Assembly (NCBI RefSeq): GCF_044704955.1
Contig: NC_091988.1
Location: 176,452,001 to 176,516,000, forward strand
Direction of reading: 5' to 3'
Origin: Pristiophorus japonicus
Lineage: Eukaryota
DNA: 64,000 nt
The position numbers and the translations under genes were made by a program. This document shows, one piece after another, positions 23,936-34,585 of the stretch. Each line of letters opens with the position of its first letter. The stretch's first letter is position 1. A model generated the notes under the pieces. It saw only the letters and a list, made by a program, of their open reading frames with translations. It made no database searches and was not told the DNA's origin.

Positions 23936-26132
23936 TGTATTTCAAATGGCTGTGAAGCACTTTGGGATGTTCTGAAGACATGAAAAGCACTAAATAACTG
24001 CAAGTTCTCTCTATCTCTTGGATTGACAGTTTGACTAGTTCAGTTGAGCGGACAAAGTTACGAGGCGATCGAATAGAAATGTTCAAAATTCTAAGATTAA
24101 ATATCGAAAGGTTATTTCCGCTGTTTGGTGAATCAGTAACATAGTGGAATAAATTAGATTGAGTAATAGAATCATAGGCCAGAATATTCCCAGTTCTGAG
24201 AGTGCAAATTTGGAGGCTGGCCTGCTGTCAAAATGGCCGTGATTGACAGCATGGTGGAAGTCCACTTTGAATTTTCCTCCATGTGAATTTTCAAAATGGC
24301 GGCTCTGTCTGTGAATTGCAGACCTGGCACTCAGCGATGTGTCAGACAACTGTGTTAGTTAACAAGCTGCTTAAAGCTATTTAAGCAGCATTTTATGAGT
24401 TCCGAAGGATTTTTCCAAGTTTTTTTTACGAGGTTCATGTCCCTCAGGTATCACGTCAGGTAAGTGTGTCGGGTTCTCAACAACTCTGGATTGATTTGAC
24501 TAGTTGACAGCTGCAGAAGTGGTATAAAAGCTACCATTTTACAGCTGTTCAATTTCCAATCAGAGAAGCTGGAGCCTTCGGGATTTGGAATACACTTTTC
24601 TGCTTTATGGAGTTTGCAGTGAACTCTCTATCCAGTGTCACCTCCTTGGAGCAATCTATCTCACCATTAACAGATCGCTTCTGTCATCTCAACTTCAATT
24701 TTCAGCATCGGTGCTCTTGAAAAAATCTCACCTTGGTCCTCAGAATCCCACCACGATCTGCCCCAACACCAACATCACCAGGAACACTAGCATCACCAAC
24801 AACAATACCAACCTTCTCCGCAATCACCTGATGCTGCACAGGACACTGGGCATCAGCACCCAACCACATTGCTGCCAGGGATGGCCTCACCATGGCCATA
24901 TTTACTTCACTTGACGTTCTACATCCTGGCTGCCACATGATGCGCCAGGTTGGCACCAACCCACAACAACACTAGAAAGCATCTCTACAATGCCCAAGTC
25001 ATTACTTTTACACTCGCCAGCATTGCGGGGGAAGGGGGAGTACAGTTATGTGCCTACCCTTGTGTGTTGTTAGTTGGTATGATTGGACAAGGAAGAGGGT
25101 GAGTGTGAGAGATGGCTAGTGAGATGGGGATATGATAATGTAGCTAGAGAGAGAGGGATGGGTGGAGGTGAAAGGTAAGGTGGTGTGACTAAGGATGTTC
25201 GGGATTAGGGTAGGGAAGGCAGAGTGATGGGGATAAGATGGGTGGCACAGCAGGATTAGATTCAGTGTGGCTTAGCAGTAATGTTTCGTGATCCACTGAG
25301 TTTTGCCAGTGACTGTAGCAACCTTTTACAGATGTTAATGTTTATTTAAAGACCAACAGGACTGCTGGGGTTGAGAACCCACAGTTCTTCAGAATTCCTT
25401 GTAGGTTTGTGCCTGGTCCTCCTGACGACATCCCTGCTTGTGCCCTCCTGTACAATGTGCAACCAGGCTGCGTTGGTCTTAATATGTCCTTACTGTACAG
25501 TACAAATGCACACGAGGCCCACACTAGAGAGAAGGTCACTCTGTGACCAGTCCTTTATTAGCCAGCACTGAAGTGGAGAAGATGGGTGGAGCTTCCCCTT
25601 TTATACCTGAAAGTCCAGGTTAGGAGTGTCTCCCACAAATTCACCACCTAGTGGTCAGTGTTCTCATGGTATACAACTTAGGTCAGTTTATACATGGATT
25701 ACAATGACAGTAGAATACATGACATCACCTCCCCGCCAAAGGATCACAGGTTAAGTCTCTCTGGTGGTTTACGCTCCCTTGTAGAGCGCCTGAGTTGGGG
25801 CTCCGGTTGTTGGGCGCTGGCCGGAGTGTCAGCTGTTTGCAGTGCCTCAGGCCTGTCCGGACTGCCTGAGTCAGTGATTGGGCTCTCCTCCACTTGGTTC
25901 CGGTGTTCGGTCACCTGTGGTGGAGTGAACTCTACATCGTGTTTTTCCTCTGTGTCTTCTATGGGTTGCTGAACCTCCTTTTTGTTTGATCCACGTGTTT
26001 GCGGCAGATTTGTCCATTGGTAAGTTTAACTACCAGAATCCTATTCCCCTCTTTGGCAATCACAGTGCCTGCGAGCCATTTGGGCCCTGCAGCGTAGTTG
26101 AGGACAAAGACAGGGTCATTGACATCAATACA

Positions 26133-26735
26133 TCACGCCCTCGCATTCCCATCATGGTAATCACATTGTGACTGGCGCCTGCTCTCAACAATTTCTTTCA
26201 TGGTGGGGTGTATAAGGGATAACCTGGTTTTGAGCGTCCTTTTCATTAGCAGCTCTACGGGTGGAACCCCTGTGAGCGAGTGTGGTCGCGATCTATTGGC
26301 CAACAGGAGGCGTGATAAGCGGCTTTGTAGGAACCTGATTCTGAGCATCCCAAGTTTGATTATCTGCACTGCTCGTTCCGCCTGGCCGTTTGAGGCCTGC
26401 TTGAACGGTGCCATTCTGACGTGGTTGATACCATTTCCTGCCATGAAGTCCTGGAATTCAATGCTTGTAAAGCACGGGCCATTGTCGCTGACCAAGACGT
26501 CCGGTAGACCATGGATGGCGAACATTGCCCGTAGACTTTCTACCGTGGCAGAGGATGTGCTTGAATTGAGAATGTCACACTCGATCCATTTGGAGTAGGC
26601 GTCGACTACAACCAAAAACATTATTCCCATGAAAGGACCTGCGTTGTCCACATGGATGTGTGACCATGGCTTGGTGGGCCAGGACCAGGGGCTAAGGGGG
26701 GCTTCCCTGGGCGCATTGCCCAGCTGGGCACACGT
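26133..26735 (-). pseudogene. Gypsy C integrase core
   Basis: WSHIHVD.AGP..LVVVDAYSKW..VSDNGPCF..SNGQAERAVQ. Confidence 0.9.
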
Positions 26736-26751
26736 GTTACATAGAAACAAT

Positions 26752-28313
26752 GGGACCAAGTTTCCACATGATAAAAAACGGGCTCCCCTCCGAGCTGGGC
26801 GCCCGTTTTTCGCACCGAAAATGGCGCTGGAAAAAAAACGTGCGATTCTGGAGCGCCCTGCAGCTCCATGTCTGCTTGGCGCGGTGCCCAGGGGGGCGGA
26901 GCCTACCACTCGCGCCGATTTTGTAAGTGGGAGGGGGCAGGTACCATTTAAATTAGTTTTTTTCCTGCCGGCAACCCCGCAGATGCGCGTTGAAGCGTTC
27001 GCGCACTCGCAGTGTGAAAGAAACATTGGCACTCGGCCATTTTTGTAGTTCTTTGTAGCTGTTTAATTTTTGAAAATTTTTTGATAAAAGCACATTGCCA
27101 TCAGCACATCAGCACTGAGGCTTCTTGCAGCAGTGAGAAGGCTGCAGGATGCCTCAGAAAGTTGAGGCAGCCATTTCCCTCCCCCCCCCCGCCGCCCGCC
27201 GTCAGGAACGGCTTCCTCCTCCGCCCCCCCCCCTCCCCCCCGCGGGAACGAACGCTGCCTCCTTCCCCCCCCCCCCCGCGGGAACGAACGCTGCCTCCTT
27301 CCCCCCCCCCCCCCCCGCGGTAACGAACGGCTGCCTCCTTCCCTCCCCGCCCCCCCCCCCCCCCGCGGTAACGAACGCTGCCTCCTTCCCCCCCCCCCCC
27401 CGCGGGAACGAACGCTGCCTCCTTCCCCCCCCCCCCCCCCCCCGCGGTAACGAACGCTGCCTCCTTCCCCCCCCCCCCCCGCGGGAACGAACGCTGCCTC
27501 CTTCCCCCCCCCCCCCCGCGGGAACGAACGCTGCCTCCTTCCCCCCCCCCCCCCCCGCGGTAACGAACGGCTGCCTCCTTCCCTCCCCGCCCCCCCCCCC
27601 CGCGGTAACGAACGCTGCCTCCTTCCCCCCCCCCCCGCGGTAACGAACGCTGCCTCCTTCCCCCCCCCCCCCCGCGGTAACGAACGCTGCCTTCTTTCCC
27701 CCCCCCCCCCGCGGTAACGAACGCTGCCTCCTTCCCCCCCCCCCCCCCGCGGTAACGAACGCTGCCTTCTTTCCCCCCCCCCCCGCGGGAACGAACGGCT
27801 GCCTCAACTTGTGAGGCTTCCTGCAGCATTCTCTCTGGCTGAAGCACAGGTAGGAAGATGGTTTATTTAATCTTTTCTTTGCTTATAAATTTTTATTCAG
27901 GTTGGATTTATTTGTATAATATTTGTATAAGTATAAATAAGGATTTATTATAGAATTTAATGACTTCCCTTCCCCCCCCCCCTCCCCCCCCCACACTTCG
28001 TTCTGGACGCCTAATTTGTAACCTGCGCCTGATTTTTTAATGTGTAGAACAGGTTTTTTCAGTTCTACAAAAATCTTCACTTGCTCCATTCTAAGTTAGT
28101 TTGGAGTACGTTTTCACTGTGGAAACTCTGAAATCAGGCATCAGTGGCCGTACAAGCCCCCTTTTGAAGAAAAAATTCTGTTCCAAAGTGAAATTGTTCT
28201 AACTGACTAGAACTGCAGAAAAAAAAATGTGGAGAATTGTGATTTCTAAGATAGTCCGTTCTCCACCAGTTGTTCCTAAAAATCAGGCGCAAATCATGTG
28301 GAAACTTGGGCCC
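26752..28313. mobile_element. Non-autonomous TIR element (family of 22341-23935) inserted in the CR1 microsatellite tail
   Basis: 21-bp TIR GGGACCAAGTTTCCACATGAT / ATCATGTGGAAACTTGGGCCC; ATAGAAAC units on both sides. Confidence 0.9.
27240..27805 (+). repeat. Minisatellite, ~35-45 bp unit CGCGG(T/G)AACGAACGCTGCCTCCTT(C)n
   Basis: About 14 visible copies with variable poly-C. Confidence 0.9.
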
Positions 28314-31191
28314 ATAGAAACATAGAAAATAGGTGCAGGAGTAGGCCATTCGGCCCTTCTAGCCTGCGCTGCCATTCAATGAGTTCATGGCTGAACATGC
28401 AACTTCAGTACCCCATTCCTGCTTTCTCGTCATACCCCTTGATCCCCCTAGTAGTAAGGACTTCATCGAACTCCTTTTTGAATATATTTAGTGAATTGGC
28501 CTCAACAACTTTCTGTGGTAGAGAATTCCACAGGTTCACCACTCTCTGGGTGAAGAAGTTTCTCCTCATCTCGGGCCAAAATGGCTTACCCCTTATCCTT
28601 AGACTGTGACCCCTGGTTCTGGACTTCTCCAACATTGGGAACATTCTTCCTGCACCTAACCTGTCTAAACCCATCAGAATTTTAAACATTTCTATGAGAT
28701 CCCTCTCATTCTTCTGAAATCCAGTGAATACAAGCCCAGTTGATCCAGACTTTCTTGATAGGTCAGTCCCGCCATCCCGGGAATCAGTCTGGTGAACCTT
28801 CGCTGCACTCCCACAATAGCAAGAATGTCCTTCCTCAAGTTAGGAGACCAAAACTGTACACAATACTCCAGGTGTGGCCTCACCAAGGCCCTGTACAACT
28901 GTAGCAACACCTCCCTGCACTTGTACTCAAATCCCCTCGCTATGAAGGCCAACATGCCATTTGCCGCCTTAACCGCCTGCTGTACCTGCATGCCAACCTT
29001 CATTGACTGATGTACCATGACACCCAGGTCTCGTTGCACCTCCCCTTTTCCTAATCTGTCACCATTCAGATAATAGTCTGTCTCTCTGTTTTTGCCACCA
29101 AAGTGGATAACCTCACATTTATCCACATTCTACTTTATCTGTCATGCATTTGCCCACTCACCTAACCTATCCAACTCACTCTGCAGCCTCATAGCATCCT
29201 CCTCGCAGCTCACACTGCCACCCAACTTAGTGTCATCCGCAAATTTGGAGATACTACATTTAATCTCCTTGTCTAAATCATTATTGTACAGTGTAAACAG
29301 CTGGGGCCCCAGCACAGAACCTTGCGGTAACCCACTAGTCACTGCCTGCCATTCTGAAAAGTACCCATTTACTCCTACTCTTTGCTTCCTGTCTGACAAC
29401 CAGTTCTCAATCCATATCAGCACACTACCCCCAGTCCCATGTGCTTTAACTTTGCACATTAATCTCTTGTGTGGGACCTTGTCGAAAGCCTTCTGAAAGT
29501 CCAAATATACCACATCAACTGGTTCTCCCTTGTCCACTCTGCTGGAAACATCCTCAAAAAATTTCAGAAGATTTGTCAAGCATGATTTCCCTTTCACAAA
29601 TCCATGCTGACTTGGACCTATCATGTCACCTCTTTCCAAATGCGCTGCTATGACATCCTTAATAATTGATTCCATCATTTTACCCACTTCTGACGTCAGG
29701 CTGACCGGTCTATAATCCCCTCCTTTTTTTAAAAATGGGGTTGCATTGGCTAGCCTCCACTCGATAGGAACTGATCCAGAGTCAATGGAATGTTGGAAAA
29801 TGACTGTCAATGTATCCGCTATTTCCAAGACCACCTCCTTAAGTACTCGGGGATGCAGTCCATCAGGCCCTGGGGATTTATCGGCCTTCAATCCCATCAA
29901 TTTCATCAACACAATTTCCCGACTAATAAGGATTTCCCTCAGTTCCTCCTCCTTACTTGACCCTCTGACCCCTTTTATATCCGGAAGGTTGTTTGTGTCC
30001 TCCTTAGTGAATACCGAACCAAACTACTTGTTCAATTGGTCTGCCATTTCTTTGTTCCCCGTTATGACTTTCCCTGATTCTGACTGCAGGGGACCTGCGT
30101 TTGTCTTTGCCAACCTTTTTCTCTTTACATATCTATAGAAACTTTTGCAATCCGTCTTAATGTTCCCTGCAAGCTTCTTCTCGTACTCCATTTTCCCTGC
30201 CCTAATCAAACCCTTTGTCCTCCTCTGCTGAGTTCTAAATTTCTCCCAGTCCCCGGGTTCGCTGCTATTTCTGGCCAATTTGTATGCCACTTCCTTGGCT
30301 TTAATACTATCCTTGATTTCCCTTGATAGCCACGGTTGAGCCACCTTCTCTTTTTTATTTTTACGCCAGACAGGAATGTACAATTGTTGTAGTTCATCCA
30401 TGCAGTCTCTAAATGTCTGCCATTGCCCATCCACAGTCAACCCCTTAAGTATCATTCGCCAATCTATCCTAGCCAATTCACGCCTCATACCTTCAAAGTT
30501 ACCCTTCTTTAAGTTCTGGACCATGGTCTCTGAATTAACTGTTTTATTCTCCATCCTAATGCAGAATTCCACCATATTATGGTCACTCTTCCCCAAGGGG
30601 CCTCGCACAGTGAGATTGCTAATTAATCCTCTCTCATTACACAACACCCAGTCTAAGATGGCCTCCCCCCTAGTTGGTTCCTCGACATATTGGTCTCGAA
30701 AACCATCCCTTATGCACTCCAGGAAATCCTCCTCCACCGTATTGCTTCCAATTTGGTTAGTCCAATCTATGTGCATATTAAAGTCACCCATTATAACTGC
30801 TGCACCTTTATTGCATGCACCCCTAATTTCCTGTTTGATGCCCTCCCCAACATCACTACTACTGTTTGGAGGTCTGTACACAACTCCCAGTAATGTTTTT
30901 TACCCTTTGGTGTTCTGCAGCTCTACCCATATAGATTCCACATCATCCAAGCTAACGTCCTTCCGAACTATTGCATTAATCTCCTCTTTAACCAGCAATG
31001 CTACCCCACCTCCTTTTCCTTTTGTTCTATCCTTCCTGAATGTTGAATACCCCTGGATGTTGAGTTCCCAGCCCTGATCATCCTGGAGCCACGTCTCTGT
31101 AATCCCAATCACATCATATTTGTTAACATCTATTTGCACAGTTAATTCATCCACCTTATTACGGATACTCGTTGCATTAAGACACAAAGCG

Positions 31192-34100
31192 AGCGAACAC
31201 AAAGTTCCAGGTCTGCATCTATCCCTGGCCACCAAACGTGTGACCTGGCAATTACCTTCACCATGACAATGCCCGAGTGCTCATTGTGGAGTTCTCGGAT
31301 GAACGCCTCTCTGCCTATCTGGGGCATGACTACTCGGTTTCCCCATAGTAGGCAATCAGCTTGAATCGAGAGTTCATCCTTGCGCCTGTGAAATGGTTTG
31401 AATTCCTCAGGGCATGCCCTGTGTGTGGCTGCCCAGTCCCCATTCAGGACACATTTCTTGACTGAAGACAGTAGTGGGTCTCTATTTGTCCAGACTTTGA
31501 TCTGACAGGCTGTCCTGGGTGAGCCTTCGCTTTCGAAAGCTTCAACAGCCATGACCATCTCAGCAGCATGCTCGGTTGCCCCCTCGGTGGTGGCTAGTGG
31601 GAGCCTGCTGAGTGCATCGGCGCAGTTTTCAGTGCCCGGTCTGTGCCGAATTGTATAGTCATATGCGGCTAACATGAGTGCCCACATCTGTATGCAGGTG
31701 ACACATTTGCATTTATGGCCTTGTTGTCGGCCAAAAGGGACGTTAGGGGTTTGTGATCTGTCTCCAGCTCAAATTTCCTGCCAAACAGGTACTGGTGCAT
31801 TTTTTTTTACTTCATATACACATGCAAGCGCTTCCTTTTCTACCATCCTGTAGCCCCTTTCTAACTGGTACAGATTTTTGGAGGCATAAGCCAGCGGCTG
31901 TAACTGACCCTTGGCATTAACATGCTGCAACACACACCCGACCCCATAGGACGACGCATCGCACGTTAAAACAAGTTTCTTACATGGGTCATATAGCATT
32001 AACAGATTGTTGGAGCATAACAAATTGTGTGCTCTGTCAAAAGCCCTTTCCTGGTTGTCCCCATTCGCAACCTTTGCGTAGGAGCATGTGTAGCGGCTTT
32101 AACAACGTGCTCAATTTGCGAAGAAAGTTACTAAAATAGTTCAGGAGCCCTAGGAACGAACGCAGCTCCGTTGTGTTACGTGGTCTGGGTACTCTCTGGA
32201 ACGCTTCCGTGTTGGACGCAGTAGGTCTGATCCCGTCTGCTGCTACCCTCATCCCCAGGAATTCTACCACTGGAGCCAGGAAGACGCACTGCCTTTTAAA
32301 GTCGCAGACCTGTCCAGTCCAGTCTGCGTAGCACCTCCTCCTGTTTGTGGAGGTGTTCTTCAGTATCACAACCGTGATGAGGATGTCGTCTTGAAAAACC
32401 ATTGTCCTTGGAATCGACTTGAGGAGACTTTCCATGTTTCGTTGAAAGATCGCGGCGGCCGAGCGAATCCCAAACGGACATCTGTTGTACTCAAACAACC
32501 CCTTGTGTGTCGTGATGGTGGTCAGCTTCTTCGACTCACTCACCAGCTCCTGGGTCGTGTAAGCTGAGGTCAGGTCCAATTTTGAAAAAAGTTTGCCACC
32601 GGATAGCGTTGCAAAGAGGTCCTCTGCTCTCGGTAGCGGTTACTGGTCTTGGAGTGACACCCGATTGATGGTGGCCTTGTAATCACCACACATCCTGACC
32701 GACCCATCCGCTTTGAGCACCAGCACAATCGGGCTCGCCCAGTCACTGAATTCGACTGGCGAGATGATGCCTTCCCTCAGCATGCGGTCCAATTCACCTT
32801 CTATCTTTTCCCGCATCACGTATGGCACCGCTCTGGCCTTGTGGTGTACTGGCCTGACGTTCGGGTTTATGTGAATCACTACCTTGGTCCCCATGAAAGT
32901 GCTGATGCCGGGTTGAAATAGTGAGTCAAATTTGTCCAGACCCTGTGAGCATGATATTTGCTCCACAGAAGAAATTGCATTGACATCGCCCCATTTCCAG
33001 TTCATGACAGCAAGCCAACTCCTCCCCAGCAGTGCGGGACCGTCCCCCGGGACAATCCAGAGTGGCAACCTGTTCTTCAAATCTTTGTGGGTCATGACTA
33101 CTGTGGCGCTGCCTAGCACCAGAATGATCTCCTTTGTATATGTCCATAGCTGTGCGTTAATCGGCAATAATTTTGGCCTCCTGGCCTTGGACACCCACAA
33201 CCTTTTGAACTGTTTGATACTCATCAGGGACTGGCTGGCCCTCGTGTCTAGCTCCATTGATACTGGGATGCCATTGAGGAGCACTTTCATCATTATCGGT
33301 GGCGTCCTTGTGTCTGAACTGTATATGTGCTCCACATGAACTCGCTGAACTTCAGCTTCCAGCGATTTCCCCCAGTGTCCATTTGGCCTCGTAGGGCTTA
33401 CATTGGGCCTGTCCTCCTCATACATCAACCTGGCTGCAGGCTCCCTGCACATATTTTTTTTTTTTTTTTTTTCGTTGCCAATCTTTCCAATTCTTTGTCA
33501 AATCACAAACGCCAGAGGTCACCTTGCACACATCAAGGATCACTCTGCGCCAATGCTCTTAGCCAAAAGGCCTAGAGCCACTGCACCGTTCCTGGAAGTA
33601 CTGCAATACCAGGTTTGTGCCATGGAGGTGGATGGGTCAGGCCCCCCACACACTTCCGTGGAGGTGGATGGGCAAGTGACCGCTGACGTTGCAATTTCTG
33701 CAGGTATGTTGCTGATACCTGAAGCTCTGGCTGTGTGTTTGCCTCCACACCTCCAACATGAGCCGTTGTTGGAAACAAAAGGTCCATTACCAGTCGATCG
33801 TCTCTGACTGTCTCTGTAACTGTCCTCAAAACGCACCCTTGATAGGTGTTGATGGCCCCATTACTGACCGCATTGTCTCTTGCGATGGCATGAATCGCCG
33901 TTCAGCTCGCCATTGTCTCTGTTGAATTCTCCCTTTGGGTTCGACTACATGCTCGGGCATGTCTGATTGCCCCTGTCTGCCTGGAGAACTGTGTGCCGCA
34001 TTAAAAATTTTGACTCCCTGTCCATTTGCTGCATTTAAACCAAGATTTTTGTCAAACATCATTCTGGTCTCTTCCTCCCCTGAGATAAATGTCTGGGCCA

Positions 34101-34585
34101 TCAAAGCCGCTGTTTCCAGGGTCAAGTCTTTGGTCTCAATCAGTATCCTGAAAACCCCAGCATGCCCGATGCCCTCAATAAAAAAAGTCTCGCAGCATCT
34201 CCGCTCTGCATGCATCTGGGAACTCACATAGGCTCGCCAGTCACCGGAGGTCTGCCACGAAGTCAGGAACGCTTTGCCCTTCTCGCCCACAGTGCGTGTA
34301 AAACCGGTGTCTCGCCATGTGCATGCTGCTCGCCGGTTTAAAGTGTTCCCCGATCAACTTACTGAGCTCTTCAAAAGTCTTGTCCGCCGGCTTCTCTGGC
34401 GCTAGAAGGTCCTTCATCAGGGAGTACGTCCTGGATCCACAAACCGTCAGGAGATGAGCCCTGCGTTTGTCGGCCGAATCCTGTCCCAGCCATTCCTTAG
34501 TGACGAAACTTTGCTGTGGTCTCTCAATAAAATCGTCCCAATCATCACCAAAGCAGTACCTCTCGTCTGTGCTGCTAGTGGCCAT
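31192..34585 (-). pseudogene. Gypsy C gag-pro-RT-RNaseH-IN zinc finger (frameshifted)
   Basis: DDWDDFIER, MELDTRAS, WASPIV..K.DGSVR.CGDYK, DL..AY..RCPFG..FQDD, LTCDASSYGVG, ELHNEH..RSHVWWPGID. Confidence 0.9.
33454..33672 (-). mobile_element. Poly(A)-tailed retroposed fragment containing U2 snRNA-derived segments
   Basis: Minus strand ACCTGGTATTGCAGTACTTCCAGGAACGGTGCA (U2 3' end) followed by GGCCTTTTGGCTAAGA (U2 5' end), a unique ~85 nt and A19; interrupts the gag knuckle GHL/MC. Confidence 0.8.

Larger units (their letters stand above)
22140..24010 (+). mobile_element. SINE body/tail split by the TIR element at 22341-23935
   Basis: ...CCTACATTACAACAGTGACTA| resumes as ..TTTCAAATGGCTGTGAAGCACTTTGGG..TGCAAGTTCT. 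Confidence 0.65.
26740..31191 (-). mobile_element. 5'-truncated CR1 LINE (ORF2 EN+RT) inserted in the Gypsy C integrase zinc finger
   Basis: EN (NATSIRNK, ITETW, GDFN, SDH), RT (PQGSVLGP, FADD), (TTTCTATG)n tail; splits CVR/CNTC. Confidence 0.93.

Noticed and set aside
26736-27032. N-terminal extension on the integrase ORF 26133-27032
   Set aside because: Chance read-through from the inserted MITE/CR1 tail; the true upstream integrase lies at 31192-31300
33557-33636. Functional U2 snRNA gene
   Set aside because: Only fragments, in permuted order; no branch-point pairing region or Sm site; poly(A)-tailed
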